A DNA stretch of 64,000 nucleotides. It comes from Nageia nagi. Taxonomy: Eukaryota > Plantae > Pinophyta. Position numbers and translations under genes: made by a program. Below the pieces are notes generated by a model that had not been told where the DNA came from, did not search any database, and was given only the letters and a program-made list of their open reading frames with translations. The stretch lies in the NCBI GenBank assembly GCA_050084985.1, contig JBITNC010000001.1, positions 137,454,001 through 137,518,000 on the forward strand, given 5' to 3'. This document shows positions 63,433 through 64,000 of the stretch, one piece after another (within the stretch, counting starts at the first letter, position 1; each line of letters opens with the position of its first letter).

Positions 63433-64000
63433 GAAAGAAAGAAAGAAAGAAAAAGAAAATATATTAATATCTACAGGTGACCAAAAGCAGTCAATGGGAC
63501 TATGAGATAAAAATGTATTAAGCAACGTGCAAGGGCCCTAGAGATCCCTCACAAGAAACAAACTAAGAAGTACAATACTATACAAAAGTTCGATAGAAAG
63601 TCTAAACCCTTACAATGAGTACATAATCGAATATTAAAACAATATAATTAAGATTAGTCAGAGGGGAGAGGACTCTCATGTAATGGGCTCCCCTCAGATT
63701 GTGGTCACTGTAACCTTATCATTGCGGTTGGGAAGAAAGAAGGATGTGATTCATTGAGACCATTGAGGAATAGGATCAACACAAACTTCTTGTCTAGTAC
63801 GTCACGTAAACAGAAGAGGGTCATCTCTCCTCCTACGATCTTCTTCCCCAAAGGATGCACAAAAGAATGAAGTCATCAAACGATCACTTGTCGAGACTTA
63901 GGCATCATATAATAGACGTTTATTGAGAATGAACACCTCCCTGAGATATAGTGCCACACAACATTGATCCGAATACTGAAAGAAGGTCGATATCGAGCTA
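63433..64000 (-). mobile_element. 3' end of another copy of the same non-LTR family (runs off the window)
   Basis: gaaagaaaaagaaaatatattaatatctacaggtgaccaaaagcagtcaatggga closely matches 60695-60746. Confidence 0.75.

Overview
AT-rich plant genomic DNA, most likely a gymnosperm/conifer (inferred from the decayed nested retroelements and a ~30 kb intron). One host gene is present on the minus strand and is incomplete in this window. Its four GT-AG exons (58788-58097, 57940-57870, 27564-27475, 25376-25230/25200) splice in frame into a membrane protein that I recognise from memory as similar to the uncharacterised Arabidopsis AT5G16520 family. Nearly everything else is nested transposable-element debris: Ty3/gypsy internal fragments, five TSD-flanked solo LTRs, two Copia gag remnants, LINE fragments and hAT-type MITEs. 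The most unusual structure is a ~6.7 kb TG..CA element with a 5-bp TSD that looks like a giant solo LTR (9898-16625; second copy 29490-35819). It carries a decayed ~3.5 kb ORF that is neither gag nor pol, preceded by about 10 ~53-bp palindromes whose stems differ between the copies while staying palindromic. A distant homologue of this ORF lies between integrase and the presumed 3' LTR of another element at 658-4470. All homology statements come from manual translation and alignment or from memory, not from database searches.
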